In this document: positions 51,701 to 62,419 of the stretch, piece after piece
Layout of the letters: each line of letters opens with the position of its first letter
How positions within the stretch are numbered: position 1 is the first letter of the stretch
Assembly (NCBI GenBank): GCA_964247055.1
Contig: OZ176052.1
Location: forward strand, 2,356,001-2,420,000
Reading direction: 5' to 3'
Length of the DNA stretch: 64,000 bases
Origin: Paragordius varius
Taxonomy: Eukaryota > Animalia > Nematomorpha
The notes under the pieces: model-generated
Database searches by the model: none
Seen by the model: only the letters and a program-made list of their open reading frames with translations
What the model was told of the DNA's origin: nothing
Translations under genes and position numbers: made by a program

Positions 51701-54700
51701 TTTAAAGGTGAATTTAAATTGTTTAAGAGTAATGTTCAAGGGTGAATTTGAATTGTTTAAGGGTGAATTTGAATAAATGGTTTATATATATATATATATA
51801 AATATACCATTTATGCAAATATATATATATATATAGCGTTGCATAAAATCTAAATAGAATTTCAAATTTCTGATAGATCGAAACTTTATTGACTGATTTT
51901 AAAATATTGCAGTGGAGTTAAAAAAATTAATTAGCTAATATTGTTTATTATTATTAATGATTTTTAATTCAATCGATTAAATAATCCTTTAATTCAACAA
52001 CATTTACAATATAACCAATTTTATTATATATGGAATAATTTAGCAAAAAAATAAATTTAATTTTTTTTATTATGGGGGGGGGGGGGGGGGGGGGGGTGAT
52101 ATAAAATTCCAATGTTTAAATTTTATAAATAATAAGCGGTGCTTTAACAAAGTATCACTTAAAATTGGTCAAAACGATGTTTGATTGGAATGGGAAATTT
52201 TTTGAATAAAATAAGGATAAAAAACTGGTACATATAAAAAAATTAAAATTTCCGACAGTTTCTATTAATTTAAGTATCTTTAACCATCCTCTAGCAATCA
52301 TATTAAATGGCACATATCAAAACTAACCTTAATAGAAAAAAATTATCCATTATTATTAAATTTTAACAAGGCTTTCCTGTTTTCCATATTATAGCTTTAC
52401 ATAATACGATATTTAAGGACTTAATAAAACGATCTATCCTAAAAAAAATTATAAACCTATAATAACACTTCCGAAAATTGATATTAAACTTATATTAATG
52501 ACACCTTATTTTTATTGAATGGACAATCCATATTACAGTAAAAACTGGAATATATAGACAAAACGTAAAAATATAAAGACAAATATTTTTTTCTAAAAGA
52601 CTTATTGTGTTAAACTGCAAAATATAAAATAGAAATTTAATTGATAAGACAATCAATTACACATTTTACGATTGTTATATAATGATTTTTATAGAATAAA
52701 TTAGGGTTTGAAGAAGTATGGTTGTCTTTTGAAAAAAAATTTGTCTTTATATTTTTTACGTTACCGTAAAATTTCAATTTTTAGTGTATTTAAAATATAT
52801 TTTGAAACTATAATTTTGGGCTTAAATATCTTATGAAAAATGCTATTAAGGCAATAATTTTAATATAAAATGCTTTGAAAAATGGGTAATTATTTTAATT
52901 TAAACTAAATTTTGATATTTTTACAATGCAAAGAGTGATGCCATCATAGCAATTATTTATTAGTAATAACTTTTGATAAAGTATCGTTAATCCATTTTAA
53001 AACCGAATTTTGTGGAACTTTCTTGAAGACGGTAGTATATGGCACAAAATAACAAAACGAATAAATTAAATTTTCCCCTATATTTTAACAAAAATAAGAT
53101 TTTTTAATATGGACAAACTGTCTTTAACACCATACGTTACTGTTAACTAAATTTTATTATACAGGATTGTTGCTTAGTTTTTACAGACCTAATCGCAACG
53201 ATCCATAATTAACAATTATTTATCATACATATATTTTTACAGCAAATATACAAGTTTTTTTATAAAACTTTCATTGTATGACACTAGGAGAAACAATGTA
53301 AATTGAAATATTTTTGTAAAGTATTCCTGTTTTCTACAATCAACCAATAAATTTAGGATTCATGCCAAAAAAAGTTATATTTATATTAATTTGCTTGTTT
53401 TATTAGGTGTTTTTTTACCATGTAGTTAAGAAATAAAACATGAATACAACAAATATTTGTAATAAAATTGGTATAGGTAAACATACGAAACCTGTAAAAA
53501 TTGAATTAAATATTAGGTATATTTGATACTGCTAAAAATATATTTACATAGCTAGGATATGTCACCTAAGTAGAAAATAGGAGCGATTCATTCAAAATTC
53601 ATATTTTTTATATAATTTGTGTTAAATATGAATACATGTAAAATTGAACCTAAAGTGCCGTGAAATACAATATATAAAAAAATTATATTCTAAGATGCTA
53701 TTTTTAGGCTTTTAATCACGTACTCACAAAAGATAAAATATTAGTGCACGCAAAATATGTTTAGTCATTATAATATATTATGAAAATATAAAACCACCGC
53801 CTTCTTTCTTATCTCTAATATTTTTGATACAATAATACAAAATATATTGCCTAAACATAAAACGCTTTTATAAGTAAAATGTAACTGTTAAAATGCAAAA
53901 ATCAATACTTTGGGCAAATTCAATGTAATTAAAATAAAAAGCTTGCAATTTTTTAAGATTTTTCTTAAAATTTATAATAAATATAATATTTTCATAAATT
54001 AGAATGAATTTAATTTTAAAAAACTGCATAAATAGAAAATGCGTTTACGCAAAAAAACCAGGATGTGGACAAAAATTTAAAAATAGATAAGAAAATGATG
54101 TATAACTATAATTGTCAGTCAGACGATAGCAAAAGTTAAATTATGAATAACTTGTAATATACCTTAAAACCATAGGTATTCGTGATTTCCAGCCATCCCA
54201 GCTCCCCAACAACCAAACTTTGGGTTTATTTCCTCCGCTATATCCACTACTGTTTGTATGATGATGCATTCGATCTCGTAAAGATTTAAACCGAATTTGT
54301 GGAAATATAAAGTGACGTGCTGCACCGTGGTCTTTAGGTGATTTAGAATCTGAACTGGTTGAATTATGTCGACTACGGGCATTATTTGGACCGGTTATAA
54401 CAGTGGAAGAGCTATTTTGGCTAGTGTCGTCAGAATTGGTACTTTGATTAGATTGTTCATTATCCAGGTTGGAGGTGAGTGGAGGTGTAGAAAACTCTTC
54501 ACGGATATCAAATTCTACCCGCTTATGAGGTTCTTTGGCACTAGATATGCCACTATCAATACTAATATTAATAGATGGTTGGCCGGTTAAATACGTAGGT
54601 GTTAATTGTCCAGAGTTTTTTGGATCCCATCTAAACACAGTGGGCAAGTAGTTGCGACCCGATTTACTAATTTTTTTAAAGTTCGGGAAGTAATCAAAAT

Positions 54701-55061
54701 AATTTTTATCACTATGAACACCATGACCAGAATAATAGTTTATTTTATCATCAACTGGAGATTTTAAACTTTCTCCTGGTGGAGTGCTATCATGACGCAT
54801 TCGCCAAAATGCCAATGATGGATAAGCTTGGCTAATAGTTTTGGCCCGGGGTCTAACAAACTTAGGTGATTGCGTGTTAGGATTCACACCTAGGTGCTAA
54901 AAATAAAAAAACGCAAAATATACCTTTACATATATATCTGGCGCTTCTTTATCTATTTTACTTTGCCTAACATTGACATCAAAAAAAGTTCCACTTCTAA
55001 AATCAGAAGATATCTCGTCAAAATCGGGAGTTGCATGCCGCTTTGAATGATGCGCTCCCAT
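48752..55061 (-). CDS. PRKAB: 5'-AMP-activated protein kinase beta subunit (about 490-510 aa depending on the exon-1 donor)
   Basis: Exons 55061-54924 (donor ambiguous), 54896-54163, 51189-51096, 50637-50436, 49590-49316, 48832-48752. N-myristoylation-type start MGAHHSK; CBM48 PTVFRW..VWLLGSWDGW..IPMVLS..EGKHEYKFLVDDNW..NNVIEVKKSDFEVFDALADD; C-terminal PPILPPQLLQVILN..LPEPNHVMVNHLYALSIKDNVMVLSCTHRHNKKYVTTLLYKPVE*. Confidence 0.93.
52074..52096 (+). repeat. G23 homopolymer (a G17 tract lies at 22296-22312)
   Basis: Seen directly. Confidence 0.9.
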
Positions 55062-56309
55062 CTGGTGAGCGATTTAAATATGAATATATGAATATTAAAT
55101 ACAAATGTCAATTTTCGATTTATCGTATGATTAAATCCAATTTATGGATGAAAAAATTAACATAACTCGGGTTGATACTTCTTCAACCCATTTTTCTAAA
55201 AATATAAACGCTGTACGCCCAAAAAACTCTGATCAAATTATATATTTTGATAGTAAATGTATCATTTTCATGGAGTTTTGGTATGCGGTTAATGTGAAAA
55301 AGTATTTTTGCGTAATTTGTCACCATGAAAAGTGTCAAATTAGGGCTTATTTTAACAATTAAAATTTTTGGTAAATACAAAAAATTAAATTAAATTATAT
55401 ATTCTGACAATCCAGGTGATATATATATATATAGATATTTATATATATGTATATATATATATTGGATATTTAGCAATCAAGATGATTTTGGTTTTTGGGC
55501 TTACGAGTGATATAGAAATGTACAATTGCGCATTTTATGCAATTTTGTTTGTAGAATCTAAATGCGGCATAAAAAAAATATCAAAATTTATTATTAACAC
55601 TTCATGACCTTTTAACTTTTTCGCCCTAATTGATATGTTGATTTATATTCCAGAGCTCAATTTTGAATATTTTATTTAAATTTAATCATCAAACTTTCTC
55701 CTTTGTTAAATAAAAAGCTTAATTTTTACAGTTCTGTGACTTCTAGATTCTAAAATTGGTAACAAACAGCTGATATTATAACAAAATCAGGTTTTTGCTT
55801 CTGAACTGTAGCCTGAAATCTTTTTGAAGTTATTCATCTTTTCTAACCATACCTACATTTATTTGCCTGTCAAATTAGAGATTTAAAAAGATTTAAGGAA
55901 ATGCGGCATGAGTCGGGGATTTTTTTTTGATTTTTACAATTTTTTAAAAAATAATTGCGCCTAATAGGCTAAACGAGCATATTTTTAAATTCGTGTTAAT
56001 ACCTTAATTATTTTTTAAGATAATCCAATTTCAACTCGATTAGGGATATTAAATTAACCCAAACATTCATAGAGTTTATACATGTAAGTTAAATTATCAA
56101 AAATCAGGTATTTTTACATACCTGAAAGTCTCAAATTTATGCTCTCTAAAATGGAATTCTCTTAAACTCAAAAAATGCAGAAATTGCGCGATAAAATTCT
56201 AAATGTATGCTAAATTTTAATTTACACTAAAAATATTTAAAATAATACATTTTTGATATTGTTGAAGTGCGCCTAATACCATTTTGGAAAATGTATATAA
56301 TCTCCTTAA

Positions 56310-56848
56310 CACTTGGATACAACACACTCATTTTAGTCCATCGATTCAAATTGGGGTAGTTAAATACCGCAGGCCTGTTTAAAATTACATTCTTTAAAAA
56401 ATATGGAAGGAATCGAAACTATTGCTTTGCACTTATATAGCATTAATGAAACGAAATATATAAAAAATTTTATTCAAAAATACCTTATATTACTAATTTT
56501 AAGCTAAAACCAAAAAGTAAATTAGTCAACGTGACATGTGTGCAATAGTAAAATTGAAAAACAAAACAAAATAAATCGTTTTTCTATTTCTATCAATGTT
56601 AGATGTAATCTAAATAAAAAAATTTTACCCTTAAATTAAATGAAGACGATATTCACAAATGGTGTAAAATAAATGGCGTCGAAATAGTTTGACATGGAAC
56701 TTTTTTAAAATAAAATTTTCAATATATATTTTGTATTTTCATAATTTATTAGGATAGAAGCATAAATTTAAATTGGGACCGTTTCTGTAGATTAAAATTT
56801 TAACAATTTAGTCTGGGGTATTTAGACACCCCAATTTAAATCGAAGTG
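56310..56848. mobile_element. piggyBac-like MITE (TTAA target), copy 2
   Basis: TTAA|CACTTGGA...TCGAAGTG|TTAA; subterminal TTCGATTCAAATTGGGGTA-type motif inverted at both ends. Confidence 0.75.
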
Positions 56849-57799
56849 TTAAACCTTTTCTCTAATTTCATTATGCTGAACATTTATATCGCTTCTGAAA
56901 TTGTAAAGGCTGGTTGCTTTTATATTATATGGAATTTTGTAAAATAATACATTCTACATTTAACATAAATTTCAAGATGAACCAATATTTAAAGCGAAAT
57001 TTTGAGATAATAAAAAGGTTTACCATCATCTTATATAGAAAATGTTTACTTTTGGATACAACATTTTCATTTCCGTCATTCGATTAAAGTTGCGGTCTTT
57101 AAGGCCAGCCCTGTTTAAAATCTCATGCCTCAAAATAGTGTGAAGTAGGCTTCAACAAAATTTTGTTCAAAATTATATTTTTAAAAAATCTATATATTTT
57201 TTTAAAAATTTTAGTTGATGTCAAAATTTAGCATATATTTGAAATTTTATCCCACAATCTTTTATAACTTATTTTAAAGGAGAGATTTGCGACTTTTGGA
57301 ACCCACATCTAAATATTAATTTATTTTAAAAATTTTGTTTTGCTTTTATATGTTGTTTATGATATTTTTTATTGATATTTTTATAAATAAACCATTTAGT
57401 TTTCATCAAAAAATTTTTTTAAAAAAACGTGCTCAAATTTTGCCATTTTCTGATATGCAGTACTTACCACAAAAGTGTTAATAATTTTTATAAATCACTT
57501 GTAAGGGCCAAAACAAAACCAACATGATAATCCTCATACATATATGTATTTCCAGTTATTTTTAATATCATCCATTTTGTGCTTAGTGTATATTCATAAA
57601 ATATGAAGTCTGGGCTTTGAAAGATGTTTGGGGACAACGAGTAATCCCAATCAGATTTCAAAATAAAAATTATTTATTATAAAATACTGACAATGAGCCC
57701 TTTTTAAATAGACACCTCCTTTTTTGATCCCGTATAAAAATAGGGTTTTTTAAACAATTAATGTCCGTAAAATAGGATTAACGTTTCCATAAAACGTGA

Positions 57800-58900
57800 G
57801 GCCCATTCAGTTTCAATAGTGTATTTTTTATTGTTATAAGAATAGGCTTGGCTGACTTAGCAATTTTTTGAATTAGTCCCTCATGTAGACCGACGCTTAT
57901 CTAAAAAGGGTCATTTTTAAAAAATTGTTAGCTTTGAAACACGATTCCAAAAAAACGTTTTGGCTCAGTCTTCAGAATTTTTTTAAATTAAATTAGTAAC
58001 TATGCCTTTTTTTGAATAAATCCCTCAGTTTAGCCCATTTATTACAAAAAGGGCCCGGAAAAATATTAGAATTGAAGCTATTTTTCGAAAAACTGTCCCA
58101 TTTGAATTTAAGATTGGTAATTTTTATATTATTAATAAACACCCAGAATGACTAAGTCATTATTTTATATTAGTTTCTCAGTTCAGCCCCAAATGTGAAA
58201 AAATGATTTTCTTAGATAATATTTGTTTTGAAGCATCTTTCCAAAAATCGTGCAGTAACATTTTGTTTCCAAATTATTTTTAAATTGTTCTACAAATGCG
58301 TAAAAGGTGACTGCCCTTTCTTATAAACCTATAAGTTCCGCCCCGCCCGGGCAAATATATTTGTAAAAAATAATGAGTTCGTAGTAATTTGCCGGAAACG
58401 TTCTGGCTTATTCAGTTTCTATAATTGATTTTTTTACATGTATTACAAATGCGCCGAGGCTGACTTCTCTTTTTTTTTAGAATTTAGTCCCTCAGTTTGG
58501 CCTCATCCCGTGCAGGCCCATTCGAATTTAAATGTGGTATTTTTAAATAGCGACGATGGTGACTACGTCATTATTTTAAATTAGCCCTCCGCACGTATAA
58601 AAATGGGAATTTAACAAACTTAGAAACAGGTTTACTAGAAATATTAAGGCCTATTAAATTGCAATATTGAATTTTTTAATTTTTTCGCAAACGCACCTCC
58701 ACTCAGCTTTTTTTTAAATTATCGTTTTGCCCCAACCCTTTTTGAAAAAAAACATAGCCTAAAATTAGTTTTTCGGAAAACATGTAGGCCCATTCGAATT
58801 CAAATGAAGGATTTTTTATCATAAAAAATACTCCGTGGGTTATGAGACGTTATTTTTAATATGTGATTCGAGTCCATACGGATCAAAATATATCCCACAA
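57800..58900 (+). repeat. Degenerate tandem array of four 270-420-bp units
   Basis: GGCCCATTC(G)AATT-like anchors at 57800, 58096, 58515 and 58787, mostly followed by GACT..GTCATTATTTT..ATTAG.CCCTC. Confidence 0.55.
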
Positions 58901-59551
58901 ATATTAACTTTTAATAATTTCCCTCGAAAAAAAGGTCTGAAGAATTAAATTAATTATTTGTATGAAAAAGATGGAAGATAAGGTTTATTTCAAATTAGGT
59001 GCTTAAGAGGATATTAATCAACCTCTCTAAAATTCTCGACCTATAATAAGGTGGCTTATAAGCACTTTTTTAAACTTGGGATTAATATTAATTTTCAGTA
59101 TGAAAGCAAAATTTTAATTGGCGCAATTATTTTGAGGGCCACTGGGTTAGGCTTAATTTCTATATAAAATGTCTAATAATGGAGATATTTGTTTAATATA
59201 ATAAATATTATTCGAGTTGAATTGAATATATACATATGTTACAATCAGTTTATTGATCAAAATGGCAACTTATAACCATATCAGACCTGGCTGGCTGCTC
59301 CATATCAAAAGGCAAACTTTAAAGACATGCGGCATCTCATATTTATTATAAACTACTAAAAAATAAAAGAATATTTAAATAAAAATAATAATCAAATGAG
59401 TGCTCCAAAAGTCGCAAATTTTTTTGCTATTCTAAAATGGCTAGTTCAATAGACAAAAATGCTGAGATTGCTGGATAAAAATTTTAATATATGCTAAATT
59501 TTGATAAATTATTTTGAAAGATGCATACTTTGTTCAAAAATTTTACATTAA

Positions 59552-61140
59552 CATTTCGATTCAAATTGAGATATCTAAATACCCCAGACAATATTTAAGT
59601 TGATATTTTTAAAAAACTACTGAAAGAAACGCCAATTTAAATTTATGTTTCTACCTGAAAAAATTATATATATATGCCAAAATATCCAAAAAATATAGTT
59701 TCATAAAAAGGTTCCGTTCCAACTACTTGGACGCCATTTTTTTACAACATTTTCGCAAAATATCGTGTTTATTTGATTCTAAGCCTAAAATTAAGATTAC
59801 TTTTTTATTAAAATCACATTTAACATTGATATAAACAGAAAAAGTGGTATATTTTGCATTATTTTTTTTAGCTTATGGAGAAATGTCGTAATGGCTAAAT
59901 TACATATCGAATTCAACAGTAACTGCACATATGCTTTATCGATTTTTCCAAAGCATTTGATTCCATCCTATACAATAAATTACAACATCCCTAAAACAAC
60001 TTGGAGTATCAAGCCATCTAATCTGCGCCATATTCTCAATTTATTTAAATTCCACGGCTATAGTATCTACACCTCACGGTATTACATATTCATGTAAGGT
60101 GCAAGTTGGCTTATACCAAGGATGCGTTTTATCCCCAATTCTTTTTAACACCTATCTCGAATAAGAAACATGCCAGAAACTTCAGGCATCAACGTAGGAG
60201 AAAACTTGCTCACATCCGTTCATTACGCAGATGACACAGTTATATTTGAGGACAGTATAGCACTAGTTCTGCAATTTTTTAAAATTGAATGCCATAAACG
60301 GATTAAATATCAACTTGAAAAAAACAAAAGTACTACAAATCAACCTAGCTCAATTAACCTCAATAATCCACAACGGAAATCAGAATCAAACCGTAAACAA
60401 TTACATGTATTTGGAGCAGTATTATAAACAATGCAACAACTCTACTTCAGAAATAAAACGAAGAATTGCCCTTGGAAAAGCAGTTACATTCATATACAAC
60501 AAGATTTGGATGCCATATCATCAAACTAAAAACCAAAATCAGATTAATCAAGGCAATAGTATTCCCCACATTACAATATGGGGGCGAAAGCTGGACGGTG
60601 AAAAAATATGATGAACGACTAATAATTCTTTCAAACTATGGTGGATGAAACTTCTCCAAACAAAATGGTCAGACAAGATTCCTAGCTCCATTATTATAAA
60701 TGAAATTAATCCGAAAATGTCGCTACTGGGTGGCCTAACGCCAAAAACTATTTCGGCCACATTATGAGATCTAACCCACTTGAAAAGTCACTGATGCTGG
60801 GAAAAGTGAGTGGAGCTCGTAAAAGAGGAAGAAGACGAACTCGTTGGATGGAAACATCCTCAAAGTAATTAACCAAACATTATCCGAACTAAACGCCAGA
60901 TCATGTATTCGCAATAAATGGAGAAGAGATATTTTCAATTATGCAGTTAGTCGGAATCGACCTTAGCAACTACAACAAACTATATCAACTATTTTAAGTG
61001 AATTTTTTATTATTCGGTTTGTTATATAAGTGCAAACTTGTGCCATGGTTTCGATTTATTAAAATTTTCAAACAGGCCTGGGATATCTAACTACCCCAAT
61101 TTGAATCGAAGGAGTGAAATGAATGTGGTGTATCCAAATG
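59552..61140. mobile_element. piggyBac-like MITE, copy 3 (inverted), interrupted by an RTE LINE fragment
   Basis: TTAA|CATTTCGATTCAAATTGAG... (59552) and ...TATCCAAATG|TTAA (61140) are the two ends of the family in reverse orientation; the LINE occupies about 59880-60980. A further partial copy lies at about 28807-28935. Confidence 0.65.
59880..60980 (+). mobile_element. RTE-type LINE 3' fragment (RT C-terminal half, frameshifted)
   Basis: QGCVLSPILFN, YADDTVI, GLNINLKKTKV, YMYL, SEIKRRIALGK, YGGESWT, GARKRGRRRTRWM; (CAA)n-like tail near 60965. Confidence 0.85.
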
Positions 61141-61600
61141 TTAAGCAAATTTATAAGGTGTGCTTCATACTTTTTGAAGCATGATAGAAATAGTATTAAA
61201 ATGAAGAAATTATAACACACCTTTTCTATATAATTCAATTATTATGCTGAACATTCCCAGAATTTTATTAAAAGCTAGATAGCTTTCGAACGATTATATT
61301 CTATAATAAAAACATAATTAATATTTTACATAACAAAGATTTAAGCAAATTCTGAGGTGGTAGAAAAGTTCAGCATTATCAAATTATATAGATAAAATAT
61401 TGTTAAAATATCTAAGGCGTTTTATACCGTTTTCATCATAAAGCAGAATGAACGCTTCAACAAAATTTTTCTGAGAATTACATTTTTGTAAAAACTATGT
61501 TTTTCTGAAAAAATATTTTAGTTAATATCATTTTGAATATACTTAATATCGAGCAATCCTCCCATTTTTGCGTTTATTTGAAGATAACTAGCCTATTTAT

Positions 61601-62295
61601 TGTTGTTGTTGCTAAGATCGATTCCGACTAACTGCAACATTGAAATTATAACTTCTCCATTCATTGCGAATACATGATCTGGCGTTTAGTTCGGATAATG
61701 TTTGGTTAATTACTTTGAGGATGTTACCCATCCAACGAGTTCTCCTTCTTCCTCTTTTACGAGCTCCACTCACTTTTCCCAGCATCAGTGACTTTTCAAG
61801 TAGGTTAAATCTCATAATGTGGCCAAAATAGTTTTTGGCGTTAGGCCACCCAGTAGCGACATTTTCGGATTAATTTTATTTACAATAATGGAGCTAGGAA
61901 TCTTGTCTGACCATTTTGTTTGGAGAAGTTTCCTCCACCATAGTTTGTAAGAATTTATTAGTCATTCGGCATATTTTTTCAGCGTCCAGCTTTCGCCCCC
62001 ATATTGTAATGTGGGGAATACTATTGCCTTGATTAATCTGATTTTGGTTTTTAGTTGGATGATGTGGCATCCAAATCCTGTTGTATATGAATGTAAATGC
62101 TTTTGCAAGGGCAATTCTTCGTTTTATTTCTGATGTAGAGTTGTTGTCATTGTTCGTAATACTGCTCCAAATACGTGTAACTGTTTACGATTTCAATCTG
62201 ATTTCCGTTGTGGATTATTGAGTTAGTTAATTAAGCTACATGTATTACCTTTGTTTTATTAAGTGAATTTTAATCCGAATTTATTGCATTCAGAT
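61601..62295 (-). mobile_element. RTE-type LINE 3' fragment, inverted close relative of 60285-60980
   Basis: Its reverse complement aligns almost base for base with 60285-60980; tail CTTAGCAACAACAAC. Confidence 0.85.
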
Positions 62296-62419
62296 GTTTT
62301 TTTTACCAAAAATATTGATTTTATACCTTCTCCGAACATTAGACATAATTATATTATATTCCTTACATACCCTTAACATATTTCTCATTAAATTCTCCCA
62401 TTCTAAGCACATTCTGTTT

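Noticed and set aside
1667-61815. Most 60-120-aa ORFs in the supplied track
   Set aside because: They are intron read-through extensions of real exons, antisense shadows of coding exons or LINE fragments, or low-complexity frames across MITEs and microsatellites.
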